Source: Candidatus Saccharimonadota bacterium
GTDB taxonomy: Bacteria; Patescibacteriota; Saccharimonadia; Saccharimonadales; 2-12-FULL-41-12
NCBI GenBank assembly: GCA_022842995.1
Contig: JALHOM010000005.1
Coordinates: 6,503 to 70,502, forward strand
Length of the DNA stretch: 64,000 nt
Direction: 5' to 3'
The notes beneath the pieces were generated by a model, which was not told the DNA's origin, did not search any database, and saw only the letters and a list, made by a program, of their open reading frames with translations. The translations under genes were made by a program, and so were the position numbers. Below, piece by piece: positions 63,923-64,000 of this stretch (position 1 is its first letter; each line of letters opens with the position of its first letter).

Positions 63923-64000
63923 GATATATTAATTTTTTGTCAAAATGGAAAAGCTATTAATCAACTACGGTTAATTATAACAGATGAGGCGACGGTTTTA

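Noticed and set aside
61400-63990. Calling the region a bona fide integrated mobile element (or prophage) with attL/attR
   Set aside because: No integrase, excisionase, transposase or phage gene is visible in the window. The repeats are interrupted and partly inverted rather than simple direct 3'-tRNA duplications. The idea is kept only as one hypothesis.

Overview
This 64-kb window looks like a compact bacterial genome. It has short intergenic gaps, many 4-nt ATGA start/stop overlaps and many small orphan genes. The gene content suggests a Patescibacteria/CPR, Saccharibacteria-like organism: an archaeal-type AspRS, a secreted nuclease + ComEC + lamin-tail-domain cluster, secreted peptidoglycan and protease enzymes, and a group I intron in a tRNA. 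That taxonomic call is inference only. Positions 1-35 kb are mostly housekeeping genes: DsbA-like oxidoreductase, CNNM/CBS transporter, S8 protease, AspRS, MutY-like glycosylase, MscS, MazG, Dcd-like protein, Mur ligase, MFS transporter, ABC-2 exporter, Dus, HxlR + FMN reductase, YvcK-like protein, FtsB/DivIC, an OmpR/HK pair and ComEC. Embedded in this half is a crtI-crtYe/Yf-crtEb C50-carotenoid module. Positions 35-63 kb are accessory-like and look more AT-rich by eye toward the right end. This part has many orphan proteins interspersed with a Y-family polymerase cassette, a bacterial NOX-type NADPH oxidase, IMPDH, and NUDIX, HAD, AKR, methyltransferase and nucleotidyltransferase genes. There are two tRNA genes. 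One is a tRNA(CAU) of the ileX/Ile2 type at 27425-27778, split by a 278-nt Azoarcus-like IC3 group I intron. The other is an initiator-like tRNA-fMet at 63670-63744. The most unusual region is 61.4-64.0 kb. The tRNA-fMet gene sits in about 1.5 kb of non-coding, highly structured, tandemly repeated sequence built from tRNA-fMet fragments: T-loop-interrupted 3' portions, an inverted T-arm copy closing a 121-nt hairpin element, and an anticodon-loop-interrupted 5' portion. No integrase or transposase is visible. A second family of intergenic 'word' repeats (AGATTAAAG / GAGTYATGAG / GAAATTAGAAAT / TTCGCTGTACAGCGAA) occurs at three loci. No rRNA genes or CRISPR arrays were seen.
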